Shown: positions 24,663 through 36,500 of the stretch, piece by piece
How the letters are laid out: every line of letters begins with the position of its first letter
How positions within the stretch are numbered: position 1 is the first letter of the stretch
Source: Amphiscolops sp. MND2022
Lineage: Eukaryota
DNA length: 64,000 nt
Direction: 5' to 3'
Assembly: GCA_964187785.1 (NCBI GenBank)
Contig: OZ076409.1
Coordinates: 44,828,001 to 44,892,000, forward strand
Position numbers and translations under genes: made by a program
The notes under the pieces: model-generated
Database searches by the model: none
Told to the model about the DNA's origin: nothing
The model's input: only the letters and a program-made list of their open reading frames with translations

Positions 24663-26250
24663 AGAAAATAATGGAAAGAATTGAGCGAAAACCGAATGAT
24701 CGCATCGAATTCTATGAAGTTTGCCTAGAATGTGATGAAAGTGACATCGAATGCTTCAAAGTGGTGTTTTATGTGCTTCGACAGATATTAGATACAATTC
24801 TCTGTTTTAGATCTCAGATAAAAATTTTTTTGGTACTATTCCTTCACTCCATGAACGGTACGTATTTGCTTGATGTCTGCTGGACAATGAGCATCATGAG
24901 CCCCGTGGTTTCCTTTGCCATTGCATTTTTACATTTAGCTGGTTTGTCTTTGTTGGTACATGAGGTCCATCAAGCTCGCGGAATACCCATACCTTTGGAT
25001 TTTTTTAAAAACTGTCCAGACGAAACGAATCGAACGAAAATTTTTTGGTCTTTCTACACTATAGTAGGGAGCTATGTCTGCAATGACAGCAAAATCGTTT
25101 GACTGGAGTTGGAAAAACAAAGCCAAAAATAGTTCAAAACTGACCAAACTTTGTTCAATTTGCTACTTTTTTCAATTTTCAAAAAAATGTTCATACGGTT
25201 CGAGCGAACTTTTGTACAGTCATTCTACACCATATTATGGTCCTATTTGTCCAAATTCATCTAATTCGTATAACTGGGATTTGAGCGAGTCAAAAGGGAA
25301 GAAACCTAAGCCGACTCCTTTACCGCACATGCGACTCTGCAATCTGGATGATCGTTTGGTTGCTGCAGGTCCGGTTGCTGTGGTATTTTCTTACAATAGT
25401 CAGGGTTTTGACATTTAGGAATGAACTCAGGTGAAGTTTTTGAGTAGCGCCTTACAACACGTGATTCTTCAATCTTTTTTCTCGATAAGAGATCCTTCAC
25501 TACGTGTATTGGAATTCCAGATTCGTTCACTTGTCTTTATACATCTTTAACTCCACTACTGATGCCTTCAAATTTGGGGACTAGCTTGACACGATTTTGC
25601 ACCAACTTTGCTATATTCAAGGTTTTAGCGTTGGGGCCTCCTTCTGCAAGGACTCCTTTTGATAGTCTGTGTTTGATACTCTTTCACTTTTCCGATGAAA
25701 AAGAAAGAGGTTGCACCGATCACAAAAACCATTCAGAAAGGCCACCACGGCTGCCCTCAAAATTCCATAAATCTGAAACAATTTGATACTATCTCCCAGA
25801 ATATTATTTCACTATCAAAACTCAGCGACTAAGTTGAAACTACGCTGACACTAACACTCAATTTCGAGATTTTGATCAAGACTAACTAACTGATTTTAAT
25901 AATTTGAAAAAAAATAAAGAGTTGAACGAAAACCAAAAGACCGCATCGAATTATATGAAGTTTGCCTAGAATGTGGTGAAAGTGACATCGAATGCTACGA
26001 AGAGGTGTTTTATGTGCTATGACAGATTTTAGATACAATTCTTTGTTTCAGATCTTAGATAACTTTTATTTTGGTACTTTTCCTTCACTCCATGGACGGT
26101 ACGTATTTGCTTTATGTATGCTGGACAATTAGCATCATCAGCCTCGTGGTTTCCTTTGCCATTGTTACACTTAGCTGGTTTGTCTTTTTTGGTACATTTG
26201 GTCCATCTTGCTCGCAGAATACCCATACTTTTCGAATATGGATGAACGAA
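24563..26250 (-). mobile_element. Head-to-tail gag-like (LINE ORF1-type) units without an adjoining ORF2
   Basis: 24565-25010 is paralogous to 25808-26230. The minus strand encodes a Cys/His knuckle (PAKCNNGKGNHEADDANCPAY). Each copy is followed directly by the shared 5' module. Confidence 0.6.
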
Positions 26251-26254
26251 AATT

Positions 26255-28342
26255 GACCGTCATGCAAAATACCATCTGCTGACTAAGTGAACACTCTAAT
26301 ATTAGGTAAATCATTATGTACATGAGAAAGATCTCGATGTGGTATTCTTGAACGAAACGAAAGCCGATTTACCACAGCATTTTCTGAAAAAGTACAACGC
26401 TAATAATGAACACAAACAAGGCGTGGGTGGAGTGGAAGTACTACTCAAAAAAGAAATTCCGTACCCCAGACTGTCAGAAATAGAGGAGAACTCAGAAGAC
26501 AACATAGTGTTAACAATAGTGTCAAATGGCTTGAAATTGGTCATTTCATCAACATATGTACAACCAGAGAATAAGGAGTCAACCAGATGGAGTCAAGAAT
26601 TTAATGAAGGTATCGGAAAAATGGAAGGAATTGGTTGATGACTGAAAAACAAATAGTTGCATTTTCTTCGGAGACCTGAACGTTCGTCATCAAAACTGGG
26701 GTGACACAAAGAAAAACCGTTTAGGAGAAGAGATGGTCAAATTTTTGGATATAAGGAGCAAACTCAACAATGGTGAACCACTCACCTTTCAACAAAATGT
26801 TCAAGTATAATTGACCCATGTCTCATCTGCGGACCGATTGTCAGTCACTGTGAACATAATCTAACAACACAAGAGTTTGTTGAAGTCTTCAAAGGAGCAC
26901 GAAAAAAGGTCACTTGTCAGATTAAGTTGATTTGATTGTTATCATTAAAAAACTAAATACCAAGAAGCTGTTGATGGAGAAAGCAAATTGGAAGCTTTGG
27001 ACACATTATCTTGAGACTGGTATTGACAAAAACTATCTGAATGACAACAACTCCACTACTCAAAAACAACCTTTTTGCCCAACGAAGACTGCTCTTTCAA
27101 ATTTGGAAAAGACAGCTCAATTGTAGTCACCGGTGAAACCACCAACGATCTGACGAGAAAATTTGGTCAGTTTTGAGCTAGAGTAGAGAGATGGTGTTCA
27201 ACCTGGAGAATTGTGGTGAACGGCGGAAGGCAGAAATTTTTCTTCTCATCTGTGAAGCAAGCGACATTAAACCCCCTCTGTATATTGGTGATGCCTGCCA
27301 AATCAAGAGCTACACTAAACCATTTGGAATAGTAATTGACAATCATTTACCGTTCCGGCAACATGTAGAAGAAAGAGCTGAGAAAGTCAATTAAAAGTGG
27401 AACACCATATCATGCAAATGTAATAAAAATAAAGCCTCGCCAATCCTACTTTGATTCTGCTGTACAAGACAACAATTCTTTCCCTGTTTCTAACTACTTC
27501 CCCAATCTGGTGTGAAATAAAACACTGCAGCCTGCAAAGAGTACAAAAGAATTTCATCCTAACGGTTTTCAAGCATAGCTATTCGCCGAATATTGAAAGT
27601 TGTCAAGTGTTACTGGGCGTACCACCTGTTCATATATTGAGTTAGAGTATCAACGTCAAGTTTCCCATAAAAATCGAGTTAACGAATGATCTTCTAACTG
27701 TGGGCCATGATTCTTCGGTATAAGGACAAAAAAGTATTGCTAACCTTTTAGAAAGTCATCTTAGAAGATTTGTTAAACTCGTGAACAGTGACACCGATTT
27801 TACACGTTGGATAACCAACAATTTCATCGAACTAGAGAGGAGACGTAGATGGACAGCGTTCGCAACAATGTCTTCCTCAAATGTTATACTGAGACGACAA
27901 CGTCGTACAAGTTTTTTACCCCATTTTTACACTGTTCAAAATACGAGGCAAACAAGATCTGTGAATTTGTTCTCGCAAATTCAAACTCTTCTTCTGATTA
28001 CGCCTGGAAAAAGAGTGAAGAAGCATGTGGCGATTACGTCTTTATGTGATTGTGGAGCTTCAGAAGAAACTGCTGTACACTTTTTCCGTAAGGGCAAAAA
28101 TTACAACGAATTCAGACCCCAAAAAGTTGATAAATTGAACCTACTGTGTAAAGACGACTGCGGCGAAATGGAAAAGTTCATAGTGGAAACCAAAAAGCTA
28201 AACAGACTGTTTCCCGATGACCCAAAATAGCAAGGAAAACTAACCCCATCAACATCGTTCTAAAGGCAATATGAGTCCTATCAATTTTACAATCTGATAC
28301 CAGGAACAACTAAATCCGTTTGATTTTTATTATTATTATTAA
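26255..28342 (+). mobile_element. Decayed, internally deleted LINE ORF2 (APE, partial RT, C-terminal Cys/His motif) with (TTA)n tail
   Basis: DVVFLNETK, GVGGV, TYVQP and GDLNVRH (APE); GIVIDNHLPFRQHV; LLYKTTI; CDCGASEETAVHFF; tattattattatt at 28329-28341. Confidence 0.75.
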
Positions 28343-28559
28343 TCATGATAGGTTACCCTCTTCAACTATTGTACTAATCGAAGATTCATCTGAGTCGTTA
28401 GTTTTACGAATCGAATTTGAGCCTCGAATACACAATATTGAGCATTTTAGGAGAGCGAAATTCTGTTTTGTCCTTATGAAATTTATCACGCTTGCATATG
28501 AATCGTCAATGTTTTTCGGACAGGTTTTGCAAAAGGGTTGAAAAATCTATTATCGAAGT

Positions 28560-29843
28560 AGGTTTTATTGAAGCACGATTCCCAGAGTCCATTTGCCCTT
28601 AAGTTAAGTCAAGTATCATCTTCAGTGCCCGTTGATTTCTTTGAAAATGTTCCCCGTCGTAGAGATTGAATAGTCGGCTCGATTTCAACATCGAAGCAGA
28701 TTTTCTCCCATATTTTTGCGTACGTGTCCCGTATTTCATATGTCTTACATGTGTGAAGCCACCCTTTGCGCAGTGCATTGCATGGGATACGATAACGTTT
28801 TCACCAAAGCCACATTTCGAGGTTAGGTTTCTGTGTTCCCGGCCATATCGAAACGCGATACCATCACGAAACTCAGACTTCGTTAAACTGAATGTGTATC
28901 GTTTCAATGAAAGCGCATTCAGCCAACTGGAGGACCCTTTCTGACGTGCTAGTTCTAAAACGTACAGTTGGTTTTCGCTCGTGTCCTTTCTGAATTCATT
29001 CTTTCTTTTGTCGATGAAAAGACTTTAATCTTTTTTGATTGCTTGCTGTTGATAGATTTTGACTGTCACTGATAGACATGTCACCATGTGAAAAGGACGC
29101 GTATACTGTCTTTGATCGGTTGTAATCATCAACACGTTCTTCTGGGGTACATTCGGACCACCAAGTTTCACAGGTAGCGCAAAAGTTTTTCTGTGACTTG
29201 AGTCATAAGGGTGGTGTTTGACAAGACTGGGTATCAATTCATTCGCAATGATGTGATCGGTTTCTTGCAAAACGTTGTCGATGTTGGGTGTTGTTCGTGA
29301 CAGAAATGTCTGTTTGTTTTGTAGAGAATCTATCAGAGATTTGTACATAATTTGCAGGGAAACTGTAGAGTGATTGGCGAGTTTTCTCAATAGCGTTGTG
29401 TGTTCATGCGCAACTCGATCCAGATGCGTACGACAGGTGTTCTCCGAACCTATCACTGACCCTAAGACACGAGATCCCTCAACAATCTCAACTTTCAAAT
29501 CATGACATGTCTTTCACAATCAAGTGGCATTTAGTTAAATTGTATCCAAAAGAGGGCACGCGTTGATGAAAATTTGCTAGAGAACCGACAGCACTTCTGT
29601 CATCGGCATATCATTTCTTGATCGTTTGAAACTAATTGAATCAATAATAGAATGGAAACATCACACATGGCAATTCCGAGAGGGTCCCTCTGGATGGTAC
29701 CCTCCTGAGACACAATTGGTTTTTTGCCGACATAGAGTTGGGATTGTGGGCAATATGAGTTCATGAGAAAAATATGAAGAGACGGTCAAATGTTTCGGAT
29801 ATTTTCAAGCACTAGCTCCCGATAGAGGTTATTGGAGGCATTT
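28560..29843 (-). mobile_element. CRE-like non-LTR retrotransposon fragment (RT plus zinc-finger/REL-type region)
   Basis: SQEGTIQRDPL (GTTQGDPL), YADD, RVLGSVIG, LPVKLGG and FRDGIAFRYG...SHAMHCAKGG..RH. The fragment is cut by the N gap. Confidence 0.75.
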
Positions 29844-30042
29844 NNNNNNNNNNNNNNNNNNNNNNNNNNNNNNNNNNNNNNNNNNNNNNNNNNNNNNNNN
29901 NNNNNNNNNNNNNNNNNNNNNNNNNNNNNNNNNNNNNNNNNNNNNNNNNNNNNNNNNNNNNNNNNNNNNNNNNNNNNNNNNNNNNNNNNNNNNNNNNNNN
30001 NNNNNNNNNNNNNNNNNNNNNNNNNNNNNNNNNNNNNNNNNN
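29844..30042. other. Assembly gap (about 200 N)
   Basis: Run of n characters. Confidence 0.99.
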
Positions 30043-30215
30043 NGAAGGGAGCGAAGCGACCGAGCCATACAACAAATACGATAAAATTCGATCGCATTCC
30101 TTTCGATCCCTGCAATTCGATCAAAAGGTTCGACCTCTGTCCTTTCGACCAGAAAAAGTCGACCTATTTACAGCCACCCCCTTGATATAATGGTGGATAA
30201 ACCCACACAGTAAAA

Positions 30216-30218
<3 letters not shown>

Positions 30219-30251
<33 letters not shown>
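30219..30251. repeat. (TA)n microsatellite
   Basis: About 16 TA units. Confidence 0.95.
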
Positions 30252-30253
<2 letters not shown>

Positions 30254-30741
30254 TGAAAAATCTGGCAAAATCTGAAAAAAAACGCGTCACAGATCATGAT
30301 TTTCCTCCCCCGCATTTATAAAATGTGGGATCGGAAAATAATAAAGGCTTTAGGACAAAGTCCAGGGGTGTGTTAAACCCCGGTTTGAGGTGTTCAGTTT
30401 AGGGTGCTGTTGGAAAATTGATATTCACTTCCTTGCACTTTGGATATTATTCCTTAGATACTATTCCTGGTCTCCTCCCGCGTCCTAAGGATACCTCTTT
30501 GTTTCCAAGAGCTGCTTTTTTTCTGGACCCATCCTGCTCAAGGATTGAGCGGGTGCACGCTTCTCGAAGAAGTTCTGTTTTGGTCCTTTTCTTAAGGATT
30601 CAATCCAATTTTTAATCCAACAATCAAATATCTACCCTGAACGCTTCGGTTTGAAAAAAGAGGAGCTGGCAACTTTGATTTCGGATGTTTTTCAGATTTG
30701 TTTCCTGGTGTGGCTAAAACAGATTAGGTGATCGGAGTGAA

Positions 30742-32575
30742 ATGGTAAGTTTTATTTGCTAAAGAAGAATCTACAAAAATCCATTTTCGATCGATATCGA
30801 AACTTGGAATATTTCAGTTCAGAAATCAGTACGACAATGACATCACTGTCTGGAGCCCTCAGGTAAGTTTCTCGTTTTTGGCTGACGATTCACTGGTCAG
30901 AAAACTCAATTGAAATTGATACATTAAATTAGTGCCGTGTAGGTCATCGTGTGGGGTGGGGATGACACACGCCCGTGGTCTGCAAACAAAATAAATAAAC
31001 TACATAATTGTGTTTTTGTTTAGGGGCGTATCCATCAGATTGAATATGCCATGGAAGCTGTCAAGCTGGGTTCCGTTACTCTGGCTGTGAAAAACAAGGA
31101 ATATTGTGTAGTTGCTGCAATGAAGCGATCCAGTAGCACTTTAATTAAAAGTCAGCAAAAAATTATGGAAGTTGATGATCACATTTCTTGTGCAATGTCC
31201 GGATTACTTGCTGATGGGCAGCAGTTAGCCAAATTTATGCGATCTGAATGCCTGGATAGTAAATGGAGCTTCGACACACCGTTGTCAGTGGAAAGACTCG
31301 TCAGAACAGTGGCTAACAAATCCCAGAGATATACTCAATCCTATGGGCGTAGACCTTATGGAGTAGGCTTGCTCGTTATAGGCTATGACGTTAGTCCCAA
31401 TGTCTTACGGTAACATCTAAACAAAGGCACCTTGTTTGAGTATTTTTTTCGCTGTTTGTTGTTCGGAAAATTGCATCCATAGACATTCGGGTGCTGTATG
31501 TTGTTTATTGTTTACAATTTTAAAACAAACAGTGGAATCCACTAATTTGTACCGCTAGAAACCGAATAAAACAATACGAATAATTAAAAATACGAATAAA
31601 CCGAATAATAATATTCGTTTTTACGCAATGGAGGTGGCAGGCACATTCGGATTATGCGCATACGAATGAACCACAGTTTACTGTTTTCCTCATTATTATT
31701 TTTCATTGCTACAGCTTGTATTTAATCGTGTTATAAACTTCGCTCTTCGCATTTCACGCTTTTTGTATTTCAGGAAACCGGCCCTCATGTATTCCAGACA
31801 TGTCCTTCTGCTAATTTTTATGAATGCGAGGCGATGGCCATTGGAGCTCGAAGCCAGAGTGCGCGTACATATCTTGAACGGAATTTAGAAGTCTTCAAAA
31901 CTTGTTAGTAATGCTGTTCAAATTTATCCTATAGAAGTACATGTGGAACTTAGCCATTGTTTTTTTGCCCAGGTTCGATTGAAGAGCTCATTACCCACGC
32001 CATGCATGCTCTTTCAAGTTCGTTGGGCAATGATCAAGAAATGACCAAGGAAAATGTTGAGCTGGGCTTCCTTGGCAAAGATTGCAAATTCCGCAAGCTC
32101 TCGGCAGCAGAAATTGAGAATTACTTGCAGAATGTTGAAACTAAGAAGCCGTCCAGAATGGTTGCACAGGTTATTTTTACGTTTGAAATTTCATATTTCA
32201 GCTTGAAGTACTGGGCTCAATATTGGAAAATGCGAACCGACCTGTCATTCGAAGGTATTTTATTATTGAGATCTGTACCCGAAAATATCTTCTATGTGAA
32301 GAATTCGCAGAATTATGAACGGTTTCCAGCAGCCATGGCTATTTTATTTTCATGAAATATTTAGTTCTAGAAAAACCTTTACTCAGATGTTTCAGTAGAT
32401 TCTATTGTGGTTGATAAGTTTTAGGAAGTTCTTTTAATATGAATTGACTTCTCTGTACTGTGGAACTTTGGAATTGATCCAGTTTTCTTGATTGTAGGCG
32501 GATGGAACTGAAAGAGGAGCCAGTGATGACGCAGTAGCTACTGACCAAGCTGATGGCTCGGAAGGCGCCCAATAG
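30742..32575 (+). CDS. PSMA1: Proteasome subunit alpha type-1 (20S alpha-6), 6 coding exons
   Basis: Exons: 30742-30744 (ATG only), 30818-30862, 31024-31389, 31774-31903, 31973-32169, 32498-32575. Translation [30 protein letters not shown]...[14 protein letters not shown]...[21 protein letters not shown], ending in an acidic tail. Confidence 0.96.
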
Positions 32576-33569
32576 AAAAAGCAGGAACAACAATGTGTCT
32601 TTGAGCTTACTGTTTGATGAGCGATTTATGATTATGATGATTTATTTGTTTGATTGCGCGTTCCGAATATACGTCTTAGATAAAGTACTTCCTCTTTTTC
32701 TTCTAAGTGAGCAAAAACATTCCTCAATTTTGATCTTTAATTGTTTTAGTAATTGAATTCTTTCCTGGTCAACTGGTTTACCATGATCGTAATCAGGCCT
32801 GGTTTCTGGAAGATCTCCGTGAACCGTCTATCGTTTTCGTGCTCTACAGTTTTCCCCAGAATAAGCAAAAACGACTCAAATTCAACACTGACTTCAATAT
32901 TGTTTAAAAATATTAAGTAGGTGTTTTTCTGTGGAGTCACAACAATGAGTCAAACATTTCCCTTCTGATTGTTTCATGCTCAATTAATCGCCGACGTCCT
33001 TATTTGAATTCAAAATAACTTTAATTCAACGAAAGTTGACTGTAATCGTGACTGAAAATCACAGCAAAAGTGTTACGTTGGGCTTTGGCAGTGACGTATG
33101 AAGGCCTGGTTGGTCATGTTTGTTCTTGTTGGTAGCTTACAAAATATTCCATGTAAAATTACTTCGAACATGAGTAACAAGACACCAAATAGTCTACTTC
33201 TAGAAATGCATCCTTTTTTTCGTCATTGCAAAAGCAGTCGATTTTCTATTCGAAAACATCAAAAGCAACTAAACAGATTATGTAAAGATACACCGTAATT
33301 TTTTGATCATTCGGAGACTAAATTATAACGATCCGATTAAGCAACAAAAGATGCATGCATTTAAGAACGGGGCTTGATCTCAGATCGTGTAATCAGTGAG
33401 ACGATTCAATTGACAGGTTCTGTGTTTCTCAGGAGTGACATCGCTGAGGAATATTCACTTGTTACGAATTGAAGAATAATGATAAGAAATTCAGATTTTG
33501 CATGATGATCAAAGACATGAGCGTAATAATGGCTCATTTTGATTCATGTTGATATTTTTTCAGGGAGCG

Positions 33570-36500
33570 ATGGCAAAGTCAATGAAGTCGGTGCCTTTGA
33601 AAGGTACGGTTGATATCGATTTCGCCAAAAGTCTAAAATCTCGCATTCGAAGATTCAGCACTAACGAGGAAGAGGCCATGCAAGTGCTGCAGACTCTGTC
33701 GAAAAGCAGAAACGCCGCTCTTCTCAACGTCCCTGACCGTCATGAGAATGGATTGAACACAATCATGAGGTGAAGTCCCAATGTACTAATCAGTCCCTTA
33801 TTGCCGCTAGACTGTATTTGCTCTGAATTTGCTGACTTTTTGTTTCAGATACTACGACCAGTTTGTGTCCATGGAAAAACGCTTCCCAATCTCGGAGAAT
33901 AGCGAGGTTAGAAAATGGCATAAAATAGAACATACAGAAATAACTGGCGTAAATGAAATTTTGTTTTTACAAGACTTTTTTAAACAAAAAGCAAACTACA
34001 AATGTGCTAGCTGTGAAGTTCGGTTTGGTTCAAGATATCCTGTGTGCAATCTTGTATCAATCTTGTATGTAGCGATGTATTATCTTTTACCGATTGTCCG
34101 TCGTTTTTTTTTTCAAACAGCAGCTATTGTTCCGAAAAGCAGCGTTTGGCGAATGTATTATTGTTGAAATTGTTCAAATCGTGTTGGTATTGAAATGAGT
34201 TTGAATTGTATTTCTACCACCATGTTCATGAAGTTTCTCCATTACAAAAAAGTGCGTTTTTCGTTTTATGTATTGCAGTTGTTTGGACATAAAGAATCGT
34301 TTTATCGTTGCTTTCTATTATCCCGAACCCGGTGTAATGAGCTCGGAAATGTTCTCATATCTTCGGAGAATATTGGTGTAATGGCTCGTTTACTCCAAGC
34401 CGATGTCGAGAGAGGCTTATTACTTAATAGTTGATCGTAAATCAAAATAGCAGATAAGTTCATGCCGTTTGAAAACAAATTTTCTTGGTTTTTGACCAGT
34501 TCTGAAATTTCAAACTATTGTGTTAGGTCTCCCCTTGCTGATATCGAAGTTGACTGATATATTTGTGTTTACTGTAGTCAAATTTCAGGGTTAGCTAACA
34601 AAATGCCTGGCTTATCTCTACAATTTTAGGAAAAACACAAAATTTCTGCAAAATTAATGTTCAGGATCAACCGATGTGTTGATTAGATAGATACATCTTG
34701 CTGAAAGTTTTGGACCTAATGATGTTGCATACTTAATGATTTTGAAGAAACTTTACACGATAGATTTGACTCGTTGAAATGTGAGTTCTGCGGAAGCGAC
34801 AAAATATTGAGCGCAATCTTGGTTGCTTCTGCTATGAATTCATTAGCCAGTCGGGCCACTAAGCAACTCGCCGAATGCAACTCGTCAAAAACAACTCGTC
34901 GAAATTGGAGGGCGGAAAACTGGTCGAAAATTATCCCGTCGGATAATAATTGAGTGCAAACTCGTCGAATAATTACAGATTACCAACAGGGATTATCCAG
35001 TGCTAATTATAGATTAATTTTCCTAAATTGATGCGTGAAATTTTCAGTTTCACGCATAATATAGCCTTTTTTGTTACATAATTGTTTGGAATATTTCACT
35101 TTTATAGTTAACAGTGTAAAACTTCATAATTAGTTAGAACTTAACACAAGTAAAGTTAGCGCTATATTTGTCTGAGATTATTTTCTGTCCTTGCGACGAG
35201 TTTTCCGCCGGAGCATTTTCGGCGAGTTGCTTTTCGACGAGTTTTCCGCCTAGTATTTTCGACCAGTTGTTTTCGACGAGTTTTCCTAGATTCAAGCGAC
35301 ACTGCCAGTATACAGCCCCCAGTGAACTAGTTTTATGAAGCAACTGCTCCTAGGATGTGATTCAATTTCATTCAAAAGATTCAATGACACTTCGTAACTG
35401 AGCAGAAAACCCTGTACTGAAGGGATGATATTCAACAACTGTACTTTGATGTCCTTTTTCATGTTGGTACTAATTGCAGGAGGTCTGATGGAACAATAGA
35501 CAGCAGTTGTAGTAAAAATCATTGTTTCTCAAAAGTTTAGGGCATTGGCATCCTTTTTTTCGTATATTCATTGAATATTATTCAATGCTAATGTTCGAAA
35601 ATCTCCTTGGAATTCAGTGATGCAGCTTCAAATCTTCTATTTAGGCGACCTTGGCCCCTGAGGTGAATAATAGTTTCTCATCAATCACCATCATATCTTC
35701 GTAGACTATATTTTTAACTCAATGTAGTCAGTATATTGTGTAATGAAATTGTTTTTCCTCAAATGATGTCTTTTTAGGTGAGATTGTCTTTCACTTGGCG
35801 TGATGCTTTTGGCAGCAAAGGAATGTTTGGTCAGAAAAAAGGTTAGACGAGCTCATGGAAGGTATAAAGCAATCAGTTCGTTCTGTATTTAAAGAGTTTT
35901 TTGTTTTCAGCTATTTCGAATTCCGGATTTGAAAAAGTCAGTGTTTTGTTCAACGTTGCCGCTTTCATGACTCAGATTGCCGGAAACGTTCGATCGACAG
36001 ATGACACATCAATGCAGAATGCCATGAAATTGTATCAGGTACTTATTCTAGAATACTTTCCCCGTCGAAATCTGTCCAATCAATGAATCTTCGAAAGTTC
36101 TGAAGACGATCCTCGGAGTCATGTCATCATCAACGTTTTGTTTTGGTTTTTCGTCAGTTATCAACAAATTTTATGTTCCCCTTTATAAAAATGGACCTAC
36201 AAAACATCATTTTGCTACATTATGAAATAATCAGTTTTTCGTTCGTTTCAGCAAGCTTCGGGTATTTTCGAGTACATTAAAGACAACACTGGACTCTTGG
36301 TGGGTCAGACTTCAACTAATGATCTATCCTCCGAGTTTCTGGGGTTTCTCGCAGTTCTATGCCAGGCACAAGCACAAGAGTGTATTTGGATTAAAGCGTA
36401 TACAAGTAAGATACTTTTCCTAGGCTAATTCCACATCGTTTTTTTTCATTTCGAGTTTTTTCACTCTTAGAGGCAGTTGTTGATTACTTGAAGCTAGATG

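Noticed and set aside
30043..30065. GAGCGAAGCGAC terminal-hairpin-like motif after the gap
   Set aside because: Context is lost to the gap, so no element can be defined.
29786..30185. ORFs spanning the N gap
   Set aside because: Artefacts of translating N characters.
30662..30676. GCTGGCAAC upstream of PSMA1, resembling a yeast PACE site or RFX half-site
   Set aside because: Too short, TGGCAAC occurs elsewhere in the window, and the PACE/Rpn4 system is fungal.
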